DNA from: Squalus acanthias
Lineage: Eukaryota
Direction of reading: 5' to 3'
Length of the DNA: 64,000 nucleotides
Assembly (NCBI GenBank): GCA_030390025.1
Contig: CM059433.1
Coordinates: 20,896,001-20,960,000 of the forward strand
Shown one piece after another: positions 25,539 through 39,221 of this stretch; the stretch's first letter is position 1, and every line of letters starts with the position of its first letter. The translations under genes were made by a program, and so were the position numbers. Under the pieces are notes generated by a model. That model worked only from the letters and a program-made list of their open reading frames with translations, was not told the DNA's origin and searched no databases.

Positions 25539-26753
25539 ATTTTTTTTTATTCGCTTATGGGATCTGGGCATCGCTGGCAAGGCCAGCATTTATTGCCCAT
25601 CCCTAGTTGCACTTGAGAAGGTGGCGGTGAGCCGCCTTCTTGAACCGCTGCAGTCCATGTGGTGAAGGTACTCCCACAATGCTGTTAGGCAGGGAGTTCC
25701 AGGATTTTGACCCAGCGACGATGAAGGATCGGCAATATACTTCTAAGTCAGGATAGTGTGTATCTTGGAGGGGAACTTGGAGGTGGTGGTCTTCCCATGC
25801 GCCTGCTGCCCTTGTCCTTCTAGGTGGAAGAGGTCGCAGGTTTGGGAGATGCTGCCGAAGAGGCCTTGGCGAGTTGCTGCAGTGCATCTTGTAGATGGTA
25901 CAGACTGCAGCCACAGTACACCGGTGGTGGAGGGAGTGAATGTTTAAGGTGGTGGATGAGGTGCCAATCAAATGGGCTGCTTTGTCCTGGATAGGTGTCG
26001 AGCTTCTTGAGTGTTGTTGCAGCTGCACTCAATAAGGCAAGTGGAGAGTATTCCATCACACTCCTTACTTGGGCCTTGTAGATGGTGGAAAGGCTTTGGG
26101 AAGTCAGGAGGTGAGACACTCGCCGCAGAATACCAAGCCTCTGACCTGCTCTTGTTGCCACAGTATTTAAGTGGCTGGTCCAGTTAAGTTTCTGGTCAAT
26201 GGTGACCTCCAGGATGTTGATGGTGGGATTCGGCGATGGTTATGCTGTTGAATGCCAAGGGGAGGTGGTTAGACACTCGCTTGTTGGAGATAGTCATTGC
26301 CTGGTACTTCTGTGGCGCGAATGTTACCTGCCACTTATCAGCCCAAGCCTGAACGTCGTCCAGGTCTTGTTGCATGCGGGCATGGACTGCTTCATTATCT
26401 GAGGAGTTGTGAATGGCGCTGAACACTGCGCAGTCATCAGGCGAACATCCCCATTTCTGACCTTATATTGGAAGGAAGGTCATTGATGAAGCAGCTGAAA
26501 TGGTTGGGCCTAGGATACTGCCCTGAGGAACTCACGCAGCGATGTCCTGGGGCTGCGATGATTGACCTTCAATCACCACAACCATCTTCCTTTGTGCTAG
26601 GTATGTCTCCAGCCAGTGGAACATTTTCCCCCTGATTCCCATTGACTGCAGTTATACTGGGGCTCCTTGATGCCACACTCGGTCAAATGCTGCCTTGATG
26701 TCAAGGGCAGTCACTCTAACCTCACTTCTGGAATTCAGCTCCTTTGTCCATGT
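25539..26753 (-). mobile_element. CR1/L2-group LINE family B, 5'-truncated
   Basis: QAWADKWQVTFAP, ATRAGQRLGIL, YKAQVRSVMEYS; poly(A) tail. Confidence 0.9.
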
Positions 26754-27256
26754 TAATTGTTATGTAAGGCTGTTTTTAGCTTTTGAATGCCAGAGTTTAC
26801 AATACATCCAGTAATCCATATTATAGAGCTTATAGCCACTTTTAAAATGAAAGCTCAAGAACGTGCATCTATCAGAGAGTTTGGTTGAAAAGAACTTAAG
26901 TCTATGACGCACAGGATTTGCATGTTTCTCTATAATAGAGGTCTGATCTTTTAAAAAAATATTTTTAATTGATTTTTTTTAGAAATTTAAGTTTATTGTA
27001 GCATTAAGAAGCTTTTGAGATTGAAACCGGCCAGTAGAAAAGCCTGTGTGAGTATTGCAATTAACTCAGGAGTCTGCCCTTTCTATCTACTCCATTAATC
27101 TATATAAATCTCAAATTTCATTTCAGGGTGGCACAATGGTGCTGTGCATTAGATCTTAAACATGTTGCAACAGGACGTGTGAGGATGCAAACTCCACTCC
27201 ATAGCCACCGATTAGATTCCCCTGCCTGGCCATTGTCTCAGGCTGAACCAGGCAGT

Positions 27257-27982
27257 TTGCAACCCTCGGCGTCCTATTTGACCCTGAGCTGAGCTTCTGA
27301 CCCCATAACTTCTCCATCACAAAGATCGCCTACTTCCACCCCCGTAATATCTCCTGCCTCTGCCCCTGCCTCAGCCCATTTGATGCTGAAACCCTCATTC
27401 ATGCTTTTATTACCCCCAGACTCAACTATTCCAATGCTCTCCTGGTCGGCCTCTCATTTTTCACCCTCCATGAACTTGAACTCATCTAAAACTCTGCTGC
27501 CATATCCTAACTTGCACTAAGTCATGTTCACCCATCACCCCTGTGCTCATTGACCTACATTAGCTCCCAGTCCACCCACTCCTCAGTTTTAAAATTCTCA
27601 CCCTCATGTTCAAATTCCTCAAACCACCTATCTCAGTCACCTCCTGCAGTACTGCAACCCTCCAAGAACTCTGCGTTCCTCCAGCTCAGGCCTCTTTTGC
27701 ATCCCCTACCTCCTTCTATCCACCATTGGCGGCTGTGCCTTCAGCCGTCTAGGCCCTAGGCTCTGGCATTCACTCAGCAAACTTCTTTGCTGCTCTACCT
27801 CTCTCTCCTTTAAGACTCTGCTTTAAACTTACCTCTTTGACCGAGCGTTTGGTCACCGGTCCTAATGTCTCCTTCGTTGGCTTGGTGTCAGTTCTTGTCT
27901 GATAAAGCTCCTGTGAAGCGCCTTGAGAAGTTTTACTACATTAAAGGTTCTATATAAATGCAAGATGTTGTTATAGTTGTTG
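27257..27982 (+). mobile_element. L2 LINE 3' fragment
   Basis: Diverged copy of 40503-41204 with L2 tail. Confidence 0.85.
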
Positions 27983-29015
27983 ACTTTGGTTCCTGGCTGA
28001 AGTCCCCGCACAGATTAGCCAATCTCACGCGTGGCGTTGTAGTGAAGTTCCAAGTGGAGATCATCCTTGCCCACAAGGTGATGTACTATAAGGTCCTCGG
28101 GTGACTCTACCTCCTCTTTCTATGGAGAAAGACTTGGCTTCAATATCTGCAAGTGACTGGTTATAAAGCAGCACTCTCAGAAGCCTGGGAGAAAACGCTC
28201 ATTCTGCTTCTTGGCTAAGAAGTGGCATGTGGCGTTGGCAGCTCGCACAAGCTCCTGCTAAGAAAAGTTATAAATATGTTATTACAAAGCCTCTTGCTCC
28301 CATAATTTAAATTTGTAAAATGCTTGATTTTTAAGTGTTTGGTTTTCTGTTCTCCGTAATGGAAAAATATTTAAAATGAATACATTTGGAAATATACACA
28401 GAGATATTAATTCATTAGGATAAGCATCCTTCAGCTGTTCAACTCTTGAATGTTTCATGACAAAATTATTTCCTGATATTTTGCAAGAAAAAATGTTGGC
28501 ATAAATAATTCAGCTAGCACCTCATAAGCACCGATTTGCAATATGTTTGAGAAGAGTGCACAGAATACCTTGAGCAGAAGCCACACATATTATGCTTGAC
28601 AATTGACATTTCCAGTGAAAAGTGCTGAGATATTAATCTTGCTTTTGTTTGCTTCGTTGAAAGCAAGGTGCTGGTAGGGTTTCCAAAAGAGTGAAATAAC
28701 CCTTTACATCATTGGTACAGCAACATTTCAAGGAGCAGATATGAAAAGCGTCATCATCATCATGAATGAGTAATAATAATATGTATAAACTGCAAAATAA
28801 TAAGAATGCAGTGCTTGCTTCTGAGAAGCGATTAAGGGGTGTGAGAAATGGGATATAGTATGGCATTTGGACTTTGCAACTGACCATGTGCATTACCATG
28901 ATCTTTTCTAGATCTGTACATTCTGATGTTCCTATGAATATCACATATTGTAATGTGAGGAAGAGTTTGAGGAAATGGTTCCTTTAGCACCTTTTATTTG
29001 TCAGTGTCAGTTTTA

Positions 29016-29491
29016 GTGTCAGCCGTAGCTCAGTGGGTAGCACACTCGCCTCTGAGTCAGAAGGTTGTGGGTTCAAGTCCCACTCCAGAGACTTGAGCAC
29101 AAAAAATCTAGGCTGACACGCCAGTGCAGTGCTGAGGGAGTGCTGCACTGTCGGAGGTGCCGTCTTTCGGATGAGATGTTAAACCGAGGCCCCATCTGCT
29201 CTTTCAGGTGTATGTAAAAGATCCCATGGCACTATTTCGAAGAAGAGCAGGGGAGCTAACCCTGTGTCCTGGCCAATATTTATCCCTCAATCAACATCAC
29301 AGAAACAGATTATGTATTCATTATTACATTGCTGTTCGTGGGAGCTTGCTGTGCGCAATTTGGCTGCTGTGGTTCCTACATTACAACAGTGACTACACTC
29401 CAAAAAGTATTTCATTGGCTGTAAAGTGTTTTGGGACGTCCGGTGGACATGAAAGGCGCTATAGAAATGCAAGTCTTTCTTCCTTTCTTTT
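29016..29491 (+). mobile_element. Full-length tRNA-derived Deu-domain SINE (SacSINE1-like)
   Basis: A box TAGCTCAGTGG, T-arm GTGGG-TTCAAGT-CCCAC, Deu-like core, L2-like 3' end, (CTTT)n tail. Confidence 0.9.
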
Positions 29492-29684
29492 CAGGCTGAT
29501 GTCCTGTTAAACATAGATTTGGTGCTGTATTGATGGGTACTGTAATCCCAGGGGTGTCCAAGTTTTTGCCTTTGTGTAGGACTACATAGGTGAATAGCCT
29601 GTAGCTTCAAGGACCACATACAAAGATGAAAACCATGTTCTTATTAACTTGTGAGTATCTTAGGCTGCTGATATCACAGATGTT

Positions 29685-31497
29685 GGGGGTGAAATTCCAT
29701 ACTGCTACAAAAACGGGTGCGGGCACCGCAATGCGTGATATGCCCATGCCCATTCAGGAGCACAAGCAGCACATCAACTTCGTGCTGCCTGCTAATGCAT
29801 TGCTGATAGGCTGTGCACTCAGCAGGGGGTCGAGGTTCTCTGAGGTTCGAGCAAGGCTTGCTTTGCTTAAAGCTAGCCTGCGCCTCTTAAAGGTGAGCTG
29901 CCTTCTGCTGATGACAAATGGTAAAAGTGCTTCAGCACTAACCCAAATGGCTCAACAGGCCAGGGAAAGGGCACCCAGGGTCTTGGACGCAGCACACGAG
30001 GTCTTTGTGCAGGGGGTCAACACTCGAAGAGAGGTCCTCTACTCACAGGGGCCAAGAGGCCCTCCAGAAAGAATGATTTGGGACCAGATCGGCAAGGCGG
30101 TCACTGCCAGTAGTGTCGCCCCCACGACCTGGCTCCAGTGCCCAAAGAAATGGCATGACCTCAGACGAGTGGTCAAGGTCAGTGAATGCATCTTCAAACG
30201 CCCTCTCCTACCAACTGCACCACGAGCCTCACACACTGCTCAATGCACGAACCTCCCATCACTCACCTACCAACAATCCGTACCAAACATGAGACACACC
30301 TCACATTCTGAGCTTCACGCACCCCCTTGGAGGAGACGGTGCTGGCCATTCCTGGCAGGGGCATGGCTGAGCCCTTGGCCAGCGGCAGGGCTGAAAGGAT
30401 ACAAGATGCCGGTATCCTCATGCGTTATCCAGCCTTCTCACATCCCACTTCCCCCTCATCCCACAATATCTTCTGATTTACAAGCTGCACATAGTGTAAG
30501 CGTGCACCTCTTGCTTTCCCCCCTCCCCTCACCACAACCCTGGCCTTGTGCCTTCCTCATTTCAGACACCCAAAAAATCCAGCCTGCCCAGCCAGTGGTT
30601 GAACAAGAAATGGGAGAGGAGAGTGAAGAAGAAGAAACACTGTCTGGATAGGCAAAAACACACCCAAGACAGTCACTGAGGGAATACACAAGGGCGATTA
30701 GTTGATATTTTGATGTAATATTGGATGGATAGATGGATAAAGTTGGATTGGAATGTTTGCTTTGTGGTGGCTTTTATATCAGCATTGTGGCCAAGAGGAC
30801 GCTGTGATGGTCAGTAACGGAGGGAAAGTAAGGTGTGGGACAAACGTTGAAAGGGTAATTGGGGTTCTGTTAACTGGTACCGCAGGCAGATGATTCCATC
30901 CCAAATATCCCGGCCAGAAAGGGGCTGTCTGGGTTGCTTCCTTCCTTCCCCTTCCTCCCCTTCTGCTTCTTCCTCCTCCTCCTCTTCCTCCTCCTTCTCC
31001 CTCTGCGAGCAGCTTGTCCCCTTTGCCGCCTCTGCTCCATCTCCATGTGATGCTGCAGCCCAAGGGGGACTGCAACTGGAGCTCCCAGGACTTGGGAGCA
31101 AGTGGTGTTCTCAGAGGCCTTCCTTGAAGAGCCAAAGCCTTGCAAACGTCCAGCAGCACTCCCTGCACACTTTTAAATGTCTTACACCAAGCCACTATGC
31201 CAATAAAATGTAAAGAAGCCAGTACAAAAGCAAAAATCTAAACTGATCTGAAGGTTGCATGTGACCCTTTTAGAAGCGCTGTTAGGGAGTCCGTCATACA
31301 GCTGCACACACATTCTGCTGTGCGTGCTTTGGAGATGGCGTTAAAAGGAGCGGCGATGTCCAAACTACCAGATCATGCGCCAATTCAGCGTTGCACGCTG
31401 ATTGATGTCAAAATCTGACTAATTTCCATGACTGGAGCGCGCACAAGCAATGGCAGTGGCTGCCGACTTGCCTAAAATGGCGGTTGCCGCGTTCCGC
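29685..31497. mobile_element. Harbinger deletion derivative with convergent Myb/SANT and transposase remnants
   Basis: Left end GGGGGTGAAATT; Myb-like exon on +; transposase-like N- and C-termini fused on - (about 30870-31090); right TIR not seen. Confidence 0.75.
29947..30177 (+). pseudogene. Harbinger Myb/SANT-like DNA-binding protein, first exon
   Basis: MAQQARERAPR...RREVL...WDQIGKAV...WLQCPKKWHDLRR followed by AAG|GTCAGT donor. Confidence 0.75.
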
Positions 31498-31578
31498 GCT
31501 GAAACCCTCATTCATGCTTTTATTACCTCCAGCCTCAACTATTCCAATGCTCTCCTGGTCGGCCTCTCATTCCGCGTT

Positions 31579-31684
31579 CCGTCCAGTTCTGACGAAAGGT
31601 CATCGACCTGAAACGTTAACTCTGTTTCTCTCTTCACAGATGCTGCCTGACCTGCTGAGTTTCTCCAGCATTTTCTGTTTTTAT
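31579..31684 (+). mobile_element. Penelope-like family B terminal fragment
   Basis: Inverted match to 32080-32185. Confidence 0.8.
31585..31621 (+). ncRNA. Minimal hammerhead ribozyme motif (family B)
   Basis: AGTT-CTGACGA-A-AGGTC atc GACCT-GAAA-CG-TT-AACT. Confidence 0.75.
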
Positions 31685-32045
31685 CTTATAATAGAGAAGA
31701 AAAGCTGTGCCAAAGCCTAACTTCCCCAAACAAACGTATGGGTAACATTTACTGATATATATGTCAATCAGATTAATTTCTACTTAAGACTAGAGAAATG
31801 CCGCCAAGTCTTCGCCCCGTCCTGAGGCTCAACCCCATCGCAATACCCCTTCTTCCCATTCAAGTAGGGCAGTCTAAAATGAAAGGGTGGTCAGGCAAAC
31901 AGTGTGCTACAGGCAAGAATAACCCAAGCTGAAATAAGGCAGGTAAACATCCCTCCTAGATCGCCATGGTCATCGAAAGGTGCAACAGATCCACATATGT
32001 ACAACTGTGCCAGATGAGTCAATGCATCAAACAATTAAGGAATAT

Positions 32046-32518
32046 TACAAAAGCAAAATACTGCGGATGCTGGAAATCTGAAATAAGAACAGAAAATGCT
32101 AGGAATACTCAGCAGGTCAGGCAGCATCTGTGGAGAGAGAAACAGAGTCAACGTTTCAGGTCGATGACCCTTCGTCAGAACTGGAAAAAGCTGGAGATGG
32201 AACAGGTTTTTAAGCAAGTGTCGGGGCAGGGAAAGGGGGGAGGGGAGGAAAGAACAAAAGGGAAGGTCTGTGATAGGATGGAAGGCAGGAGAGATAAAGA
32301 AACATTAAGAGAGATTAAGAGATGGTGCAAGGCAAAAGGAGATGGTAATGGGACAAGTTAAGAAACAAAAGATGGCTCTAGATGATGTGCAAATGGCAAT
32401 GGCAGAATGTAAGACAGCTGCCATGTGGGAGAGAGAAAAAAAAATAAACGGAATAAAAAAAGGATAGGGGCAGAGGTTATGGTCTGAAATTGTTGAACTC
32501 GATGTTGAGTCCAGAAGG
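32046..32518 (-). mobile_element. Penelope-like family B 3' end
   Basis: 32477-32518 (-) encodes PSGLNIEFNNFRP*, a GIY-YIG C-terminal-like motif, followed by UTR with hammerhead. Confidence 0.8.
32146..32182 (-). ncRNA. Minimal hammerhead ribozyme motif (family B)
   Basis: AGTT-CTGACGA-A-GGGTC atc GACCT-GAAA-CG-TT-GACT; both substitutions give G-U pairs. Confidence 0.7.
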
Positions 32519-32911
32519 AATGTTGCTGTACATACTATGTAAATAAAGTAGACAATGCAAAAGAATATGTAAATCAGTGTGAACTGTGGGAAAAGACAAA
32601 TTGACTCTGATGTAAATGGTCGTTGTCTCTGGTAATTTTCAAACAGCCTGCAGCAATCAGTGATCTGAAAAGTTAACTGTTTCCACCAGTGAAAGTCTCT
32701 GCTAGATACCAAGTGTGAACAGACTATTGAATCATGGGATATCACAGAAAAGCCTATCTTTTTCACATGCCACATCTAAACACGCACGTTGTCCAGCAGA
32801 TAGTTATCAGGAGGGGTGACCGAGCATGTTTCTTCTCCCTATCCCAGTCCAAGTGCATTGAGGCCAACTGTAGTACATCTACCATCGTCCTGATCGGCAC
32901 ACTCAGTACAT

Positions 32912-33072
32912 TGTGGAATTGAATTGTTTGGTTCATCAAGGAAATCAAGGGATATGGGGATTGGGTGGGAAGGTGGAGTTGAGGTCGAAGATTAGCCATG
33001 ATCTCATTGAATGGCGGAGCAGGCTCGAGGGGCCATATGGCCTACTCCTGCTCCTATTTCTTATGTTCTTAT
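32912..33072 (+). mobile_element. CR1 3' fragment
   Basis: CAGGCTCGAGGGGCC...GGCCTACTCCTGCTCCTATTTCTTATG tail. Confidence 0.8.
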
Positions 33073-33527
33073 GTCTGTATGGTATGAGTGTCACACTGAA
33101 CAGTCCCTTTACTCAATAAGCCATTAAGTCAATGAACATTTTTTGGTGAATCTGTTTTTTATCTTAATTTTTGCAATTAATATTGAAATATGACATCATT
33201 AGACTACCAAACCAGTCATTATGAGATTCCACTGTTTATAAAGGTCTTCAATTTGAATTAAATATTTTTCATGAGAACTCCTTGATGCACCTGTGATGGT
33301 GTTGCCCAGAGTGGAACTGAGCCATAAAGGCCAATAAGGTTCCAAATTTGATCCCTGTTCCACACTGCGTTTGCTGATCTCAGCCAGGTTAGCAGTGTCG
33401 CGGGTAGGGGGAGGGGTGGGGGGTGGGGAAGAAGTGTCCTTGAGGTAAAAGAAGGGAAAGTAAAGCAGTCAGGGTTCAAGCTTTTGGTCGCTATCCAATC
33501 GTACCTGCTGGAAAACACAAACACAAT

Positions 33528-34850
33528 GGGCTGGATTTTCATAGGGAAGGCGGGTTGGGGGTGGGGGGGGCTCCAATGCGGTGGGAAACCCAGACGAACG
33601 GGTTTCCCGCGGGCCTTGCCGACTTTAACGGCAGGGCCTGCTTTGCATATGAAGCCTCTGTTTTCCGCCGCCAGCCAGCCAGACGGAGAGGCTAGCTGGC
33701 TGCAGGCAGATAGGCCTGCGGCATAGAGGAGGGATGGAGGGATCAGGTGGGGGCCGGTGTCGGCCTCCGGAGGATGGAGGGGGGAAGAAGAGAAGATCGA
33801 AGCCGGTGTGGGACCAGGGGTGGGGAGAAGAGAACATAAGAACATAAGAACATAAGAAATAGGAGCAGGAGTAGGCCAATTGGCCCCTTGAGCCTGCTCC
33901 ACCATTCAATAAGATCATGACTGATCTGATCCTAACCGCCAATCTACTATCACAGAACCATCTCCTGAACCTAACAGAATTGGACACACGAAATAGGAGC
34001 AGGATCAGGCTACACGGCCCCTGGGCCCGCTACGCTACCCACAGGGCCATGACCGATCCGAACCTAGACTCATGTCCAAATTCCTGCCGGCTCCCCGTAA
34101 CCCTTAATTCCCTTTACTTCTAGGAAACTGTCTATTTCTGTTTTAAATTGAGGCTGGCTTGGGACCAGGGGTGGGGAGAAGAGTATGATCGAGGCCGGTG
34201 TGGGACCAGGGGTGGGGAGAAGAGTACGATCGAGGCCGGCCACCAGAGGATTGGGGCCGGCTTCAAGATCATCAGTGGGGGATGTGGGGTGGAGTGGGGG
34301 GGAGGGAAGATCACATCGGGGCCGGCTATTGGAGGATTTGGCCGGCCTGATGCTGATGGGGGGCGGGGGTGGGGGGAAGGAAGATCGGGGCCGGCCACCA
34401 GAGGATCGTGGCCGGCCTCAAGATCATCGGTGGGGCGGGGGGAGTGATCCGGGAAGGTGATTGGAGGCCTCATGGGGGATTCTCCGATCGCGAGGGGTGG
34501 GTTAGGCAGTGATCCTGGATTCAGGAGGTAGGTATAAAAGCACTTACCTCCTGGATGCAGCAGTCCCCGCCTTGCTGTAACTGCCGGGTTTTATGAAGTG
34601 TGTAAAACCCGTCCAGCTGCAGTTAAAAACAAAATGGAGGTTAAAAAAGAGGCTTCCAGCCTCATTATAATATTTAAATTGACGTCCCGCCTCCTGGCAG
34701 CGGGTTGGCTGCCCGTCCCCATCCCGTCCCCCCGTCCCCACCTCCGTTAAAACTGGAAGTAGGCGGGTTCAGGCCGGGAATCTGATTTTTCAACAATGTA
34801 ACTACCCCCACGCTCCAAACCCACCTGTTTTTAGGTTAAAATTCCCCCCG
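33528..34850. mobile_element. Harbinger-type MITE with nested CR1 tail (about 33832-34148, minus)
   Basis: Starts GGGCTGGATTTT; AAT on both flanks; G-rich GATC repeats; (GAACATAA)n nested tail. Confidence 0.8.
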
Positions 34851-35564
34851 AATAACATTGGGTAAAGACAGGATCAAGCTGGGATACCCACCAAGATCAA
34901 GGTAACTTTCCGCCACTTGCTGTTCAGGCTCGCACATTAAGAATGACCATTTGGGTCAAGTTCCAGACACAGCTGCTGCCGAGTTTTGAGAAGGAGGCGA
35001 GGGGGCAAATAAACACCAAAAGAGAAATTCAGGAGTTCTGCAATCATATTATTTACTTTGCTGCGTGTACCTTTGGTCATCTTTTCTGCAGGGTTAGGCA
35101 GGTTTTATTTAAAACAGAACTACCAAATAAATACAGGATTGTAACTACTTTACTATATGCGATTTGGCACTCACTTATGTGACTGCAATTTTGCTCTTGA
35201 GACGTGACAAATTGTAGGCTAAGTCTTGAAGGAAGGGAGAGGGAATTTTAATTCATAAATCAATAATCTTTGAATATTTAATTACTATTCAGATTGGTCA
35301 TTGTCAGCCTGAAATCCATTTAAAATATTCACAACAAGGCTTTAATCAAGCTGGATAAGGGCTGAGGGAATTCATTGATTGACTCTTCTAATTAACTTTG
35401 TATCAAGACCCTGGCGTCTTATTTGAAACAAAATCAAATATGCAGTGAAGGACTATCTTACAACAACATTGTGAAAATTGGAAATGTTATATAGTCAATA
35501 GGGTTGGAAACAGCAAAGTTATAATAAATTGTCTCTCAAATAATCTTGACGTATGGATATTAAT

Positions 35565-35795
35565 TCATTGAATAGTACAGCACAAAAGGCGGCCATCAGC
35601 CCATTGTGCCTCTGCTGGCTCTTTGAAAGAGCTATCCCCTGCTCCTATCCCATAGCCCTGATTTTTTTTCCTTTTCAAGCATATATCCAATTCTCTTTTG
35701 AAAGTTACTAATGAATCTGCTTCCACCACCCGTTCCAGGTATTGCATTCCAAATCATAACAACTCACTGCATAACAAAAATTCTCCTCATCTCCC
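35565..35795 (-). mobile_element. CR1 3' fragment
   Basis: ERVVEADSLVTFKRELD. Confidence 0.8.
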
Positions 35796-37526
35796 TCAAT
35801 ATTCATTTAAAAAATGTCAGCATCTCAAATGTAATGGTAGTAAATTTAGCAGAAATCAGCTCTGCCTTGCATCTGTCCACAATCTTAAAAAATCATATTT
35901 TAAAAGAACAATATAATGGAAGGCTTCCACTCTGATTACCTAGAGTGGTGCTGCACGGGCCAAGTCTTTTATCTGGCTGCTTCTATCTGTCTTGCAAAGC
36001 CCTGCCTGTTTTTCTTGTCACCTTTGGACGCTTGTGCACAAACCCAATTTGCTCTGCTTTAGCTCTTAAAACTTCCTGGACCTTGAAGCTGGTGGATTTA
36101 GACCAATCAGGAAGCAGCCTTTTTCACCAATCAGAAAGCAGAATTTACCAGCGCTCCACTGGTAAAGAAAAAGGCGAAAGGGTGGCGAGAAATGTTTTGT
36201 GTATGGCCCTTTTATTTGTATATCGAAGTTCTTGGATTCTTTGCAAATGTTATGTGTGTGAGGATTAGATTTTTTTTAATTGGGGGTTTGATTATTTGTC
36301 ATATGTTTGTGCATGTGTATTAACATTTCTGTGTAATCACATGCAGCCCACTCAAAAGGTTGGACAGCTCTGACTTACTGTGTAAATTTAATGCCTGATC
36401 TGGTACTGAGCGATACAGACTAGGAAAGTGAAAGGATTAATCTCAGATCTTTGTTGAGTTTGCTATCGCACCCAGGATAGAGCAGCTAAAATTGGCCTCA
36501 GCAGGCCCAATGTTTCACGCAGTCTCGCACAATTACATTTATTCGGCAGTCAGATAGCGAATGGATGGACAATTTTCACAGTGCGTGTCATAAATCATTC
36601 TAGGGATAGGAATAATCCTGATCACTGTCCAATAAAGTCGGCTGGAAAGTACCTGCGTGTGTGGACATCGGTTGAATCTACGACTAAGTGCAGCTGTGGT
36701 GCACATCATAATCAGTTAGGCTAACTAGCCGGACTCATACTAAAGAATAGACAGCTGGGGGAGGTACCAGAGGGCTGCTGGTGTTTGTGGAACAGTACAA
36801 CAACAAGCATCAGTGCTTTCAGAAGAGGACAGGAGCAAAGAGGGGAGAGAACTAAAATGACTAAGGAGGGAGTATTTTGAAACAAATTGTTGGCTGTTAA
36901 GTCATTATGATCAATGTATTTATGACTATCAGACCATTTCACATTTAACTGTGCCTCATGAATAAATTCTGTTTAGTTAGTGTTTGCCAGCCTAACTGGC
37001 AAGTCAGATAGCAAGTTGGTGGACTGATTGCTCACAATCCGTGTCATAAAATCACGATGTATGTCGGTGGTTGGTTCCTGTAGCTTTGTTCTACCAGAGT
37101 GCACTGTGCTATTCCAGCTCTGAGCTCTGAGCTGTGTATTTAGTTGGATTAACTAGAGCCAGAAGCTTTATTGCAATGTAATGTGTCTGTTTTGATACAA
37201 GAATCTTTATGCCAAATACAGCTTACAACCAAACAAACTAAATATGGTACAACAATCACAGAATACCTATCTTTAAGAAGGTACCAGGAAACGCCACCTA
37301 GACGAGTCCAGGTATTAAGTGTAAAGAAAGGTTAAGGAATTGGGGCCTGTTCTTCACGGACAGACCAGATTTTGAGGTGAGCTAATTGAACTCTGCAGGA
37401 TTTTGCAGGGATTGACAAATTGATCCAAACAAATGGTTTAATATGGTGAAGAGTTCAAATATCAAGAAGGACAAGTTGAAAATTAAGAGAAAGAGGAGAG
37501 TCGAGTGGAATATTTTGACATATATT

Positions 37527-37844
37527 TAGCTGGAATCCAGAACACAGGGTCACAGTCTCAGAATAAGGGGTCAGCCATTTAGGACGGAGATGAGGAGAAA
37601 TTTCTTCACTCAAAGGGTTGTGAATCTTTGGAATTCTCTACCCCAGAGAGCTGTGGATGCACAGTCATTGAGTATATTCAAGACAGAGGTTGATAAATTT
37701 TTGGGAACTAAGGAAATTAAGGGATATGAGGAATGTGCGGGAAGGTGGAGTTGATGTAGAAGATCAGCCATGATCTTATTGAATGGCGGAGCAGGCTCGA
37801 AGGGCCAAATGGCCTACTCCAGCTCTTATTTCTTATGTTCTTAT
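37527..37844 (+). mobile_element. CR1 3' fragment
   Basis: TQGHSLRIRGQPFRTEMRRNFFTQRVVNLWNSLP; TTCTTATG tail. Confidence 0.9.
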
Positions 37845-39221
37845 GAATAATGTTTTACCACAGAAAGTCATTAAATCAAATATTTTACTTGGGTTCAAAA
37901 GGCATCTGTGGAGGAAGATTTTATGGTTGCTCTTTTTGTCAAATGTTAGACCCTTTTGAAAGTTTTACAAATTCATGAATGTGCTTATGATGTTGCTACT
38001 TATAGTGCTCAAAGGAATCTTCCCTGCAGAGAACAAAGATTGAGTGATCTGATGAGAAGGCAGGCAGGTGGGTTTGAGAGCTGTCAATAGGCACAGACAC
38101 ATTGGCATTAATCACCTTTTCCTATTCCTAAAACTCGTATGTTCTAAGTTGAGGAGTTAACTGGCACTTATTAGTATGTTAATTGGTTGTCTTTTAAAAT
38201 ATGGAGCAAAATTCCCCCTCGGCGCAATACAAAATATAATTATGGGTTGTGGGCCTACATTTTATTTTTATCTTTGTCCCAACAAGAGCAATGGTGAGAA
38301 GCTAGCAGCATGGCTATAGAGACAGTGTGTGCTGATTGGCGTGAGGGTGGGTCAGTGCTTCCACAGTCCTGGCAAATCCCTTTCCCTGGGTGAACCAGAA
38401 AATAATTGTCATTGCATTTAATGTTTGAAGAATTTCTCAACTAAACAAACATCTAAGAAGAAATCGTGCAATGAATAATACGCTATTGTTATTCATGAGT
38501 CAATTCCCCTCCCTCCACACACAGGGATAAAGGAACACTAAACAGATAAGTGGGCTGAAAGTGCGTGGCCAATATTAGTAATGGATGTGCTTGTGCATTT
38601 GTTACTGGTATTGCTCCGTGTTTCTGAACACAAAATTCTTGTCTCTTGCATCAAATTCTGTTTGTGTTATCGTTAATGGTGCATTATATTCCAGAATTAC
38701 ATAGAGCGGAAGCAGTTTTGTAGAATGGTGAGGCAGCTTGTGTTCTGAATTTGCCCCTATTTACATGGTGGGGCAGCTAGAGAGTGCTGGTAGCGATACT
38801 GGTACAATTGCACCTGTGCAAGATTGGACAGGCACAACTTGCTCACAATTACAACTGTGACTTTCAGTTTTTAGTTACATAACTTCCGCAATGCCACAGC
38901 ATTAACTGATTACAGCCACAGTGATCTCAAAATAACACAGTGCTTTTTTTTTTACTATTAATGAGTGGATTGTTGGAAGTAATTTTCCTCTTTGTTCAAT
39001 CATTCATTCCGTCCTTTGCCACCTCCCCAATGTCTCTGCAGCCGAGTGGTGCAGGAGTTGCCCAGGTGACCACCAGTTGCTCCCTACAGCTGGCTGCCAG
39101 AAGATGCAAGTGACTCTGCCCTCTGATATTTTCCCCTCCTCCCTGCTGGAATACACCGCATACTTCGGCTTGATATTTGCTCTGATCTTGTAACTGAGCA
39201 GAGCGGGACTCGAACATATGT

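Noticed and set aside
29016..29095. tRNA gene
   Set aside because: It is the head of a multi-copy SINE and continues into the Deu core.
29626..30651. 341-aa host gene
   Set aside because: Only 29947-30177 is domain-like; the rest reads through transposon end and probable intron sequence.
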